A DNA stretch of 62,499 nucleotides, counting the filler, from Nitrospinae bacterium RIFCSPLOWO2_12_FULL_45_22 (GTDB lineage Bacteria; 2-12-FULL-45-22), in NCBI GenBank assembly GCA_001803565.1. It is 6 parts of 6 records of this genome, joined end to end, with 100 filler letters (N's around TTAATTAATTAA, not from the genome) between each part and the next. Parts side by side here need not be neighbours in the genome. Positions count along the whole stretch, not along the records: positions 41,718 to 50,255 come from MHDQ01000075.1; positions 50,356 to 62,499 come from MHDQ01000077.1; 4 more parts are not named here. One strand, 5' to 3'. This document shows, one piece after another, positions 47,812 through 57,342 of the stretch. A model generated the notes under the pieces. It was not told the origin of the DNA. It saw only the letters and a program-made list of their open reading frames with translations, and ran no database searches. The first letter of the stretch is position 1, and every line of letters starts with the position of its first letter. A program made the translations under genes and the position numbers.

Positions 47812-49320
47812 TTAAAATTCATACGATATATTGAACTTAAAGACATCCCATTTGTCCCAACGGCCTACAAAATCATTAGAGTGTCCCCAGAAGGCATAAT
47901 ATTCTGCATTAAGTGATACGTAGTCACCCAGGACAAATTTTATACCGAGCCGGTTCTTTCCCTGGCCCTGGTTAAAATAATTATAATAGGTATTGTAAAG
48001 GGTGAGCCGGTCATCAAAATACTCAAAGGGATGGCTTATGTTCAGGACGACAAAGGTCTCATCTCGCTCCAGCGGCATCATGTCCGGTTGATCATATTTA
48101 AAGGCATGGATATTGGCAAAGATAGTCATCACAGTCCAGTCCTTATGGATATAGGTATTGAGGTAGAAGGCGAGGAAGTTGGTATTGATCCGGGTCACAC
48201 CATCCCTCCCGGGCAATAGATATCCACGGCGTAAAGGGTCTAGCTCTCCCCTGGTTGGGACATACAGGTTCTGGGTAAATAGGTTTTCCAGGCGAAAGTC
48301 CCAGCCCCTATCCAGCCACCAGAAAGACCTGACCAGGCCAACCATATGCTGGTGCAGGCGGGTGAATTCTGCTTCCGGGGCCTGATTAATCCGAGGGGCC
48401 CGCTGAAATATAGTAGGAGTGTCATTCCAGTTATAGAAATAGCCATAAGAAAGCTCCCAGGAGCCCAGAGCCTTCCATTCTATCGGGGTAAGCCAATCCA
48501 GCAGAAAGGCTATCTCAGAATTAGCCGGGTTCTGAGGGGGTTTATCTAAGCGATAAGGCCGGTAGTCCTTGCTGGGATTATAAGGGAAAGGAGATTCTCC
48601 CATCCCCGGGACCAACCCCTGGCTCTCCTCAAAGTCTGGTATCCAGATGGTGCGAAAATTAAAGGTCCCTTTGGTCCATAAGGCATTGACCATCCAGGTA
48701 GGGATGCGTAAGAATTTATAGTTATCCACGACCTCGGCCGGCCCTTGCCACTGGATGGTAGGGTTGATGATATCCACAACCCTGAAGTCCATCTTACCCA
48801 AGACTACCTGCTGTTTACCGACCCGGAAGTACCAATTACCGGCAAAGATATCTGCATAGAGCTCCCGCAGTATCTGCTTGGTAGTGTAATAATATTCCTT
48901 CTCCAGGTCTCTTATCTGCCCACCACCCTTGGCCAGGCCACTCTTTGGTTCCCAATCATAGACGGCATCATAGCGATAATTAGTTACCCCACCCAGGCTA
49001 ATCCTATTAGTAAGCCGATACCGGAACTCTAGCTCCCCTAGCCACTCTATCTGGTCAAAGTCATTCTTACGCTGTCTATGGGTGGCGGTCGCGCCGGTCT
49101 TACCTTCGGCATACACCCAGGTCTGGTTCCTAAGTAAGCCCCTCAGCCTTAATTTTGGTATAGCCTGATGTATCGGGTCCAGGACATTTGCCATAGGGTT
49201 AAACATCCCTACCCTACGCAAGACGTCCAGTGCTTCGGCCCTAACCGCGGCCGGCTTTCCATATATTCCTAATAAGTACACAACGAGAACTATCAAGTAC
49301 AGAGATATTTTCCTGGACAT
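47812..49320 (-). CDS. Outer-membrane beta-barrel, DUF1302-like
   Basis: Signal peptide, LRELYAD, RVGKQQVV.GK.D, VVDIINP, RIPTWM, terminal ISYEF. Confidence 0.75.
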   Translation of the reverse strand: MSRKISLYLIVLVVYLLGIYGKPAAVRAEALDVLRRVGMFNPMANVLDPIHQAIPKLRLRGLLRNQTWVYAEGKTGATATHRQRKNDFDQIEWLGELEFRYRLTNRISLGGVTNYRYDAVYDWEPKSGLAKGGGQIRDLEKEYYYTTKQILRELYADIFAGNWYFRVGKQQVVLGKMDFRVVDIINPTIQWQGPAEVVDNYKFLRIPTWMVNALWTKGTFNFRTIWIPDFEESQGLVPGMGESPFPYNPSKDYRPYRLDKPPQNPANSEIAFLLDWLTPIEWKALGSWELSYGYFYNWNDTPTIFQRAPRINQAPEAEFTRLHQHMVGLVRSFWWLDRGWDFRLENLFTQNLYVPTRGELDPLRRGYLLPGRDGVTRINTNFLAFYLNTYIHKDWTVMTIFANIHAFKYDQPDMMPLERDETFVVLNISHPFEYFDDRLTLYNTYYNYFNQGQGKNRLGIKFVLGDYVSLNAEYYAFWGHSNDFVGRWDKWDVFKFNISYEF

Positions 49321-49325
49321 TTAGT

Positions 49326-50255
49326 CTACTCCTTTACCTTTATGGTTATTCCCATTTTTTTCCAAAACTCACTTCTGACCGCTGGTTCTGAGGCAATATC
49401 GGAATAATCCTTTACTGGATGGAACTTTATCTCTTCCTTGAGAATCGGCGGAGTAGCTAAGGCCCCTAAACTAAATTCTTTTTCCGTATGGCGGTTGAAT
49501 TTCCAAACAACTCGATGGATAGTGCGCCTCTTCTGGGGGAGCTTGATGACATTGGTCAATCTGGGAGCCCAAAAACCTCCCGGCTCTACCTGGTACCAGT
49601 CTTTATCAAAAAGCTTGAAAATCTCCCCTTTTCGATCAAACTGCTCTTCATGTATCTCGAGAAAATTATTCCGCTCCACCCAGTTAACCCGCTTGCTCAG
49701 GTAATATTTGGGGTCTTTATGGATGCTCTCTATCACCAGGCAATCATACCCCTTTAACTTATCTTCCCCTATAATACTATGATTCTCCTCCCAGGGGTCC
49801 CTGCTATCGTCATCATCGCGGGTAGTTATCATAGTGCCGTAATTATCCTGGCGATGATTAGGATTAAGCCGGCTTACCTTTCTCAAGCCCACGCTATAAC
49901 TCCACTGGGCCTTCTCTTTGTAGTGACCATCGCCGTTTAGATAAAAGAGACCTAAGGATGTGTTACCTCTCGCCTCCGGTGGTGACAGGGTTATATAGAC
50001 CTCTTTATACTCTATATCGCCTGGTCTGATACCATTATAGGCTATTCGATCCAGGTAATTCTTGAGATAGAATTTCCTTTTCCCCCACACATCACCTACT
50101 CTTATGCCTCCCCAGCGGCTGGCATTGATACAGCTATGGATCTCGTCGCAATTAGCCCAGAGTTGATATTTGACCATATCTACATAGGTCATTACCTCCA
50201 GTCCGGTATAGCCATATCTCTTTATCTCCTCCTTTTCAATATTAGTCAGTTCCTT
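49326..50255 (-). CDS. LolA-like/DUF1329 outer-membrane lipoprotein-sorting protein (5' partial)
   Basis: SPPEARG, WSYSVGLRKVSR, T.DD, YYLSKRVNWV, EQFDRKG; frame open to contig edge. Confidence 0.72.
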   Translation of the reverse strand, partial: KELTNIEKEEIKRYGYTGLEVMTYVDMVKYQLWANCDEIHSCINASRWGGIRVGDVWGKRKFYLKNYLDRIAYNGIRPGDIEYKEVYITLSPPEARGNTSLGLFYLNGDGHYKEKAQWSYSVGLRKVSRLNPNHRQDNYGTMITTRDDDDSRDPWEENHSIIGEDKLKGYDCLVIESIHKDPKYYLSKRVNWVERNNFLEIHEEQFDRKGEIFKLFDKDWYQVEPGGFWAPRLTNVIKLPQKRRTIHRVVWKFNRHTEKEFSLGALATPPILKEEIKFHPVKDYSDIASEPAVRSEFWKKMGITIKVKE

Positions 50256-50355
50256 NNNNNNNNNNNNNNNNNNNNNNNNNNNNNNNNNNNNNNNNNNNNT
50301 TAATTAATTAANNNNNNNNNNNNNNNNNNNNNNNNNNNNNNNNNNNNNNNNNNNN
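50256..50355. other. Artificial contig linker
   Basis: N-TTAATTAATTAA-N, 100 bp. Confidence 0.98.
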
Positions 50356-50800
50356 CTAATTCAAAATAGGCCAATTTTTGGAATACCCCTTTAAGCACGG
50401 GGTCAGCTACTAATTTAATCGCATTTTCATAGAAATTCCTGGCCCTCTCTTCCCAATGGATAGCGGTAGCCATGATCTCCTGCGAGGTAGTATGTTCAGT
50501 AATTTCCTTTTCTAGAACAAATTTATCTAGCTCCATATCAGGTATATCTATCCCCGTTAAGTCTTTCTGTATAAGCTCTTGCGCTGATAAAGGCTCTTGG
50601 AGCCACTCTATATGGCTCTTTTCTTCTTCTGCCAGGATATTAAACATAGCCTTTACCCCCGGCCCTTTTACTAACTGCGAGGCCCGGCAAAAGAAGTTAT
50701 AAGCGGTCTTCTCTTTTTCCAGGGCAAATTCTATGATCTCTTTGAAGGTAGTCTTCTCGGAAAATTTTGTACATTGAGCGTCTCTTCTAGGTATTCCCAT
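50356..50800 (-). CDS. Rubrerythrin/ferritin-like protein (3' partial)
   Basis: ALEKE, LAEEEKSH, AIHWEERARNFY, FQKLAYFE; GGAGGAGG RBS. Confidence 0.8.
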
Positions 50801-51947
50801 AATTACCTCCTCCGGCAAAAAGGTATTGGTTTAGTGTTAATAACCCGTTTATTGCGTGCAGGTCTTTCTCTAGACAGGGTACCTGGTAGATCATTATCTG
50901 GTTAGAGGGTAGGGTTTGCTTAAAGGACTGGATCCGCTTTTTGTCTGCCCGGGCCAGGAGCTGAAATTGAAGAAAGTTATCCACAAGCCTTTCTCCCAGC
51001 CCTTTTTCTAGTCCCCACCGCTCTTTCACCAGGGCTTTAATTTCTCTGAGCCCGTTATCATTAACAATGCCCTCGGGGACCACATTGACCTTATTTATTA
51101 TCACAGCCGCTAATGGTATATTAAGCTCTTTTACCCGTCTAAGGAAGTAGTTAGCTTCAGCCAGGACCGATGCCTCGGGGCTGGTTATGAGGAAAAAAGC
51201 AGTTTGTTTATTACGGAGGACCTCTGAAGTCTTTCGCATCCTCTCAATAGTACCATCAATCATGCTACTCAAATTAAGGAAAAATTCTGAGATATCTTTC
51301 AATACATAAATCCCAGTCGCATCTTCCAGCCTCCGGAAGATAAAAAGCCCGGTCTTGCCCAAAAGTTTAAGGCCTAGCCGGCCCGCGGAAAAGTAAGGCA
51401 GCATGAACCATTTGATGATCTTTCGATCCAGGAAATCAGTCATCCTTTGCGGCACTTCCAGAAAATCGAGGGTATGCTTAGTAGGCGGAGTATCTACTAT
51501 AATCAGATCATATTTTCTATTTATATAAAGGTCATAAAGCTTCTCCATAGCCAGATATTCCTGGGAGCCAGCAAAGGTATGAGAAAGGCTCTTATAGAAT
51601 TGGTTATTCAGGATATTTTTGCCGATTTCTTCATTCGGGGCATATTTGACTACTAACTCATCCCAGCTAGCCCGGCGGTCCAGAAGCATAGCATGAAGGG
51701 AGCCCGAATCTTGCCCTGGTATCAGGCCAAGGTTCTTTAGGGGTATAGGGGTCTCTTCATTCCCTTTAGGCTTCAAGCCCAGGGAATCAGCCAGGCGTTT
51801 CGCGGGGTCTATGGTCAAGGCCATCGTCTTCTTCCCCATCATAGCCCCTTTAATAGCCAATGCCGCAGCGATACTGGTCTTGCCTACACCACCACTACCG
51901 CAACAGATAATGACCTTTTTTTCTTCTAAAAGATCTGTCAGACCCAT
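50787..51947 (-). CDS. ArsA/Get3-like ATPase, GSGG-type subunit
   Basis: CGSGGVGKT, TIDPAKRLADSLG, GSQEYLAMEKL, VDTPP. Confidence 0.88.
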   Translation of the reverse strand: MGLTDLLEEKKVIICCGSGGVGKTSIAAALAIKGAMMGKKTMALTIDPAKRLADSLGLKPKGNEETPIPLKNLGLIPGQDSGSLHAMLLDRRASWDELVVKYAPNEEIGKNILNNQFYKSLSHTFAGSQEYLAMEKLYDLYINRKYDLIIVDTPPTKHTLDFLEVPQRMTDFLDRKIIKWFMLPYFSAGRLGLKLLGKTGLFIFRRLEDATGIYVLKDISEFFLNLSSMIDGTIERMRKTSEVLRNKQTAFFLITSPEASVLAEANYFLRRVKELNIPLAAVIINKVNVVPEGIVNDNGLREIKALVKERWGLEKGLGERLVDNFLQFQLLARADKKRIQSFKQTLPSNQIMIYQVPCLEKDLHAINGLLTLNQYLFAGGGNYGNT

Positions 51948-52002
51948 TTTTTTACCTGGTCATTAGTCATTGGGTCATTGGTAAAAAACAAATGACAAGT
52001 GA

Positions 52003-52932
52003 CTAATGACTGATGACTAATTGTTTTAGCTGCGATTCTATTTCTCTGGTAATTATTAAGAGCTCCTTCATAGTAATCTCTGCAGAAAATATATAGGGTA
52101 TCTTGATCAAAGGAGCGGGCAGTTTGGATTCCAATCTGTCAATCTGTATCTTATTTCGCACCCAGCGCTCCATCACCACCTCTGCCCAATGGCAGATAGA
52201 GCGTAGCAGACCATTTTCCGGAGAATTATACGGATTAGGTAAAGAAGGCATCTCTCCTGACCAAAGGGGGGTGAATATTTTATTTATAAAGATATAACCT
52301 AAGGGGAGATTTGCCTTTTTGCGGATCTTATCTACCACGTCCAAAGTCTCATTAACAGGCATCTCTTCCGCGGTAGTAACTATATTAAGCAATGTTTTCT
52401 CCGGATCAGCAATAAGGTCTAAGACCCTTTTAGCTTCCCGGTGTACCACGCCGGTAGCAAAGGAATCATAAGCAGCCTTGGGCATTCTTATATATTGCAA
52501 GGCATGACCTGTAGCCGGGGTATCAACAATAATTAGGTCCCATAAGGGACTTCCGGTTCTTTCATCCTGGAGCTGCTCTTCATACCAGAGTTTTCCTACA
52601 GCCATTAATTCTTTTAGCCCAGGAGCCGCACTGACGAAATAGTTATATGTCTTACTCCTGAAAATAAGCTCCTTTAACCGCTGGGACTTAAGGATGATGC
52701 CTAAATATTCCTCTAAAGCAGCTTTCCCATCCACGTGCAGACCATAGATACCCGGATAGAGCTCTTTCTTATTAGCTTTTTCTATACTGGGTGAGCCAAA
52801 GAGAAAGCTAATGCTCTCCTCGGTATCTAACTCTGCCAGCAAGGTCTTCTTACCCCTCTGAGCAGCCAGTAGGGCTAAGGCGGCAGCAATAGTGCTCTTG
52901 CCTACACCTCCCTTGCCTATTATAAAAAGCAA
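52003..52932 (-). CDS. ArsA/Get3-like ATPase, GKGG-type subunit
   Basis: GKGGVGKST, APGLKEL...GK, DTPATGH, EEMPVNE; true start may be a few codons upstream. Confidence 0.88.
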   Translation of the reverse strand: MLFIIGKGGVGKSTIAAALALLAAQRGKKTLLAELDTEESISFLFGSPSIEKANKKELYPGIYGLHVDGKAALEEYLGIILKSQRLKELIFRSKTYNYFVSAAPGLKELMAVGKLWYEEQLQDERTGSPLWDLIIVDTPATGHALQYIRMPKAAYDSFATGVVHREAKRVLDLIADPEKTLLNIVTTAEEMPVNETLDVVDKIRKKANLPLGYIFINKIFTPLWSGEMPSLPNPYNSPENGLLRSICHWAEVVMERWVRNKIQIDRLESKLPAPLIKIPYIFSAEITMKELLIITREIESQLKQLVISH

Positions 52933-53194
52933 CCGCTTACTAAATAAATGCTCTAAAATATTTATCCCTTACAAAACCCTATGTTCTCAGAAAAACATCA
53001 TGGAACATGAGAGCGCTATTTTTTTGAGCAAATAAATGGATTTTAAACATCTGGATACGCTATTATGAATAAAAAGTATAGCAGAAGGAGTGGGAGAGGA
53101 CAACTCTCCTGGTAGGAAAGGTTCAAGCCTTCTTTTGGCAAGACAGATAAATTTATCGCCCTCACAGAAGGGCGTATTTCTTGCTCGGATTATT

Positions 53195-53253
53195 ATTGTA
53201 GGCACGGATTTATCCGTGCGCTGAATGGCACGAATAGAATTCGTGCCTACAAT
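53195..53253. repeat. GTAG-type REP doublet (REPIN-like)
   Basis: GTAGGCACGGATTTATCCGTGC and inverted GCACGAATAGAATTCGTGCCTAC. Confidence 0.8.
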
Positions 53254-53283
53254 TTTTCTGGCGAATTTAGGTTTGTCAAACTG

Positions 53284-54585
53284 TTAATCATCCAGCGGAT
53301 CCAGGCCCAGGGTCTCCATAAAACTCTCTAACCGGTCAACCACTTGCGCCTCCGTAAGCTCCCTCGGGTCCCCATGGCTAGCCTCGTAAACCATTGAAGG
53401 TATACCTCTTTCTTTAAAGGCCAGTCTGGCCTCGGGCATCCCCGCAGGTAATGCCTGACAGCCACGGTCGCAGTGGAAAACCACACCATCCACCTGCCAA
53501 TCCTCAACTCTCTTAATCTGTTCTTCTGTCTTTCCAATTACAAGCAGGGAGCGCATAAAGGCACTGGTCACAAAATAATGGGCCAGGGCATATAGGGCAT
53601 CCTCCCGGGTCTTCATCGCCATACCTAGTTCTTTAGGGGTCTTAGCGATACGCCACGAACCATTTTCCTGACGCTCAAAGGCACCGCATGCCCCAAAATC
53701 CAGGGATGAACCGATGAATACCGCACCGTATTTTTCTGGAATCCGGAAAAACCGGAGGAAATAAAAAGGTGGCACCCCTTCATGGAGCAAACGGCATCTC
53801 TCAGCGCCTAAGGCCGCAATTTGATTCTTTACCCGATCCTGAACCTCATCATAGAGGATACGCGTATAATTTACCGTTTCATCACTATTTCTCTTCAGAA
53901 ATAATGGGGCAGATAAGCTGCTCAGCATCCTTATATCCAGGGGTGCTGGTATATTCTTATTCAATTCGCAGATCTTTGCCCATAATACCGCTACTTCCCA
54001 TTCATTGCGTACTCCATGGACAAATGCCTCATCATCAAACTTCTTGCCCGTAACCTTTTCCATCCACTCAATGGCTTCTTGCATCTGGGCTACAAGGTTT
54101 TTCTTAAAGTGTTCTTGAGGCCTACCTGGAGGGATGAGCGGAGCATCTATGCAAAAACTGGGTATGTTAAAGTATTCGCTCATCACCTGAGTAGCTTTTC
54201 CCTGGGTTTCACAAAAATGTAACTGAATGCAGAAATCAGGCCGCAGGAATGGGCCGAACGGCCCTTGATCCAAAAACATAGAACCCCAGATCAATTGGGC
54301 AGCATGACAGATATCAGCCGGGTAGCCTCGTGCGGATACTGTCTCAGCACACTGGATAGCCTGTTCAGGATTGTTGGCTACGATAGTAAAATAAGTTCCC
54401 ATCTCGGCAAACACTGCATCCGGGAAAGAGGTGGGGAGAGAATTGGAGAAAAGCCCCAGGCCTATACCTATGGTCTTTCCCCCGTCTTTTGCTGTCCAAA
54501 TCTCTTGAAAGAATTTGGCCCTTAATTCTTTGGACAATTGCCAGCAGTCCAGGGGTTTGGTCTGATATCTCTGATAAGTTGTCAT
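53284..54585 (-). CDS. BzdO-like benzoyl-CoA reductase/2-hydroxyacyl-CoA dehydratase subunit
   Basis: YQTKPLDCWQLSKELR, RGYPADIC, VDGVVFHCDRGC, YEASHGDPR. Confidence 0.78.
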   Translation of the reverse strand: MTTYQRYQTKPLDCWQLSKELRAKFFQEIWTAKDGGKTIGIGLGLFSNSLPTSFPDAVFAEMGTYFTIVANNPEQAIQCAETVSARGYPADICHAAQLIWGSMFLDQGPFGPFLRPDFCIQLHFCETQGKATQVMSEYFNIPSFCIDAPLIPPGRPQEHFKKNLVAQMQEAIEWMEKVTGKKFDDEAFVHGVRNEWEVAVLWAKICELNKNIPAPLDIRMLSSLSAPLFLKRNSDETVNYTRILYDEVQDRVKNQIAALGAERCRLLHEGVPPFYFLRFFRIPEKYGAVFIGSSLDFGACGAFERQENGSWRIAKTPKELGMAMKTREDALYALAHYFVTSAFMRSLLVIGKTEEQIKRVEDWQVDGVVFHCDRGCQALPAGMPEARLAFKERGIPSMVYEASHGDPRELTEAQVVDRLESFMETLGLDPLDD

Positions 54586-54664
54586 ACTACTTGCCTCCCT
54601 GCTAAAGTTATCCACTTATTGGTTACTGGTGAATCGTTTCGCAAATTTCATCACAATAGGAAAC

Positions 54665-55792
54665 TCAGGCCACTTTGGGTTGAAGCATCTCCAGAAATGC
54701 CTCAATCCGGGTACGGAACTGCCCCGCTGGAATAGTCAAATCAAATTCGAGAAACAAAACAGGAATGTCATTCTTTTCCAGTAATGCCCTGATGGGGGGG
54801 ATATCAAACTCATGCGGGTCACAGAACTTTTGCTGGATAACAATTGCCCCCTGGACATCATAGTCTCTGGCTAAGTCAAGCACATAAGAGAACCGCTCCC
54901 GCTCTACTAAATCCTTCTGTGGGCAGGGTGGTTTTTTGATAAGGTTGGCAGCGATAGCTGCCAGCCGATTCTCTTCGGGAACAACCTCATGCCAAAAGTA
55001 TCTACTGCCCGTGCAGTGGTCTTCGATTACCACATCGGCCCCCAGCGATTCCGTCATTCTCGCAAATTCTACGTCATCATTTGCACTTCCGATAAGCATC
55101 AACCTTATCTGGGATTCTCTACTATTTTTTCGTTTGGGGAGTTCAGTTAGGGCCTGTTGGAGCAAACGGCTATGTTCTTCTTTATCCATAAACATACTGG
55201 TGAGTACCATCTCCATAGCCTCGGCGCCAGAAATAGCCGGTGGGTCGCTCTTCCTCAGTTCATAAGCCTGTTTTAGGAGACGCCGGTTAGTATTGTAAGC
55301 ATCTATTGCCTTATCCAGGGCTCTATCGGATATGGTATTTCCGATCCATCCCTCCAGGGACTGCTTAAAGCATACCAGTTCTTCTAACAAAAGTTCCTGG
55401 GCATATTTACTCTGGACATGGGCAGGCATATACATGTAATAACTATAGGATACCGGCAGATGCTTTGTCCAGCTATCAAAGACCTGGCGCATATGCATAC
55501 AGGTATGGGCGGTAACTATACCATCGAGATAATTATATCTCCCCTGTAAGCCCTGCGCTAAGCAATCCCGGCAGAATGGACAGTACATATTGAAGATATG
55601 GGGTTCAGTAATATCCTGGGGTTCATGACTGCCCAGGATCCTCACCGGTAAAATACCAGCCGCATAAAGCATTTCTTCAGGAACGTAGTTGCAAAGATAA
55701 CCAACTACCTTATCGCCTTTCTTCTCTTTCCATTCACTGGTATATTGGTGGCGGTTATTCAACAGGTCATGAAATTTTTCGCTTATTCCCAT
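54665..55792 (-). CDS. BzdN-like benzoyl-CoA reductase/2-hydroxyacyl-CoA dehydratase subunit
   Basis: YVPEE, MYCPFCRDCLAQGLQGRY, DHCTGSRYFW, QQKFCDPHE, GQFRTRIEAF. Confidence 0.82.
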   Translation of the reverse strand: MGISEKFHDLLNNRHQYTSEWKEKKGDKVVGYLCNYVPEEMLYAAGILPVRILGSHEPQDITEPHIFNMYCPFCRDCLAQGLQGRYNYLDGIVTAHTCMHMRQVFDSWTKHLPVSYSYYMYMPAHVQSKYAQELLLEELVCFKQSLEGWIGNTISDRALDKAIDAYNTNRRLLKQAYELRKSDPPAISGAEAMEMVLTSMFMDKEEHSRLLQQALTELPKRKNSRESQIRLMLIGSANDDVEFARMTESLGADVVIEDHCTGSRYFWHEVVPEENRLAAIAANLIKKPPCPQKDLVERERFSYVLDLARDYDVQGAIVIQQKFCDPHEFDIPPIRALLEKNDIPVLFLEFDLTIPAGQFRTRIEAFLEMLQPKVA

Positions 55793-55859
55793 TTCCTTTC
55801 TCCTCATCAATCATATTCTCATTTACACCATTAACCGCAACTAAAAACCACTTATAGAG

Positions 55860-55888
55860 CTTATAGCAGAAGAATCGAGGAGTGTCAA
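55860..55888 (-). promoter_or_regulatory. Putative sigma70 promoter of the bzdN-like gene
   Basis: Minus strand TTGACA-17 nt-TATAAG with extended TG. Confidence 0.6.
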
Positions 55889-55906
55889 ACAGAAAAGTAT
55901 ACGCTT

Positions 55907-56431
55907 TTATATTATTTTTAACCCCAGACTATTAGCTCTGGCACAAAGTTCCTCAAGCTCGATCTCATTATAGTATAGCCCGATATTTGATAGCGTGTGG
56001 GCATCACTGTTTGATAAGGGTAGAAGACCGTTCCTATCTGCTAAACTCCTCACTGCTCCCTGGTTTATCTGATAGTTGCCATTATTGATCTCTATCCCAT
56101 GAATATCGGATATATTATTAGTCCAGTAGCTGGTGGGATAGCCGGGGTGAGCAATAAAGCGAAAGACCAGGCTGTCTGGTAGATACAGCTCAATGACGTG
56201 TTGATAGACCCGATCTAGCTCCTGACCAGGAATAATTATAATCTCGTTATCAAAGGATTGCTCTACGATCTCCATGATCTGGTAAGCATAACCCTTATTA
56301 CCATGATCCGTGATAGCGATGCCATCCAGCCCTTTCTCTTTTACTGCAGCTATTATTTGTTCTACTATCCGAATATCAGGTCGGGTAAACCGCGTGGCCT
56401 CATGACAGTGAGTATGAAGGTCTAGCTTCAA
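55907..56431 (-). CDS. PHP-domain metallohydrolase
   Basis: DLHTH, AITDH, GQE, AHP, NSDAH. Confidence 0.88.
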   Translation of the reverse strand: MKLDLHTHCHEATRFTRPDIRIVEQIIAAVKEKGLDGIAITDHGNKGYAYQIMEIVEQSFDNEIIIIPGQELDRVYQHVIELYLPDSLVFRFIAHPGYPTSYWTNNISDIHGIEINNGNYQINQGAVRSLADRNGLLPLSNSDAHTLSNIGLYYNEIELEELCARANSLGLKII

Positions 56432-56483
56432 GGGCTTTTCCTCTGTGCTTCAGTGCTTCCGTGGTCTCATTGCTCAGTGGTAA

Positions 56484-57107
56484 CTATTTAAGGAAGTTTT
56501 TGAAGAAGTCGGTAAACTCCCGGGGCTCTTCCTTGCCTCCCTCCATTATCCTAATGATCTTCCCCTTTTTATCTCGTAAAGAAACCCGCTGGGTCAGCAT
56601 CTTGAACCCAAAGGCCGTAATGAGTTCTTTGATGAATTCCCGATCTTCTGGTTCTACTAAATTAGTTATAACAATCTCATTATCGCGGGCTAAAGCCTGG
56701 AGCAATTGAGCCGTAATAACGGGTTCTCCGATCAGCAGATTATTATCAATTCCGTTTCGCGCTCCAAACAAATCACCCCAATCTATTCCTGCACTGAGCT
56801 TCAGGGGAAAATTTAACCTCTCTAGGGCTACCATTATCTCCAGAGCAGTTTTTATGGCATTATTGATATCCTGTCTTAAATCAGGAGCCAGATTAAAAAG
56901 GGCTAAAAAACCCCACCCGGAAAAACTTATCAGCTCCCCTTGCCCCCCTCTTATCAAAGGGGTTAATAGGTCGAGGAGGGAAGTGATGTGGGAGTTTATC
57001 AGACCAGGTTCCCTCTGCTCGATCAATGGTTGGATCAGTTCATTGAGGTTAAAAATATCGGCGGACAGAACCACCCCTTCTTCCACCATAGAGCTATTGG
57101 TTTTCAT
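56484..57107 (-). CDS. Degenerate class III nucleotide cyclase-like protein
   Basis: VLSADI, FSGWGFLALF, SAGIDWG, LIGEPVITAQLLQ. Confidence 0.6.
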   Translation of the reverse strand: MKTNSSMVEEGVVLSADIFNLNELIQPLIEQREPGLINSHITSLLDLLTPLIRGGQGELISFSGWGFLALFNLAPDLRQDINNAIKTALEIMVALERLNFPLKLSAGIDWGDLFGARNGIDNNLLIGEPVITAQLLQALARDNEIVITNLVEPEDREFIKELITAFGFKMLTQRVSLRDKKGKIIRIMEGGKEEPREFTDFFKNFLK

Positions 57108-57342
57108 CTTACAGCATTAAATTATGTTTAGGACGCAGATTCACGCAGATAATATAAGATTAGTCATTGATCATTGACTAATGACCAGTGATCAATGACG
57201 ATAAATAATATCCTGATAATCTGCGTCCAAAATGGAAATTCCTCTGCAATCCTGTTAAATCTGTTACCACACAAAGGAGTGGGCAGTAAGTAGTCACTCC
57301 TAACAGCTTACTGTTTACTGCTCACTGCTCTACGGGGAATAG

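Noticed and set aside
50787-52932. Arsenic resistance ATPase
   Set aside because: No arsB/arsD/arsR nearby; motifs fit the paired Get3/BagAB-like type
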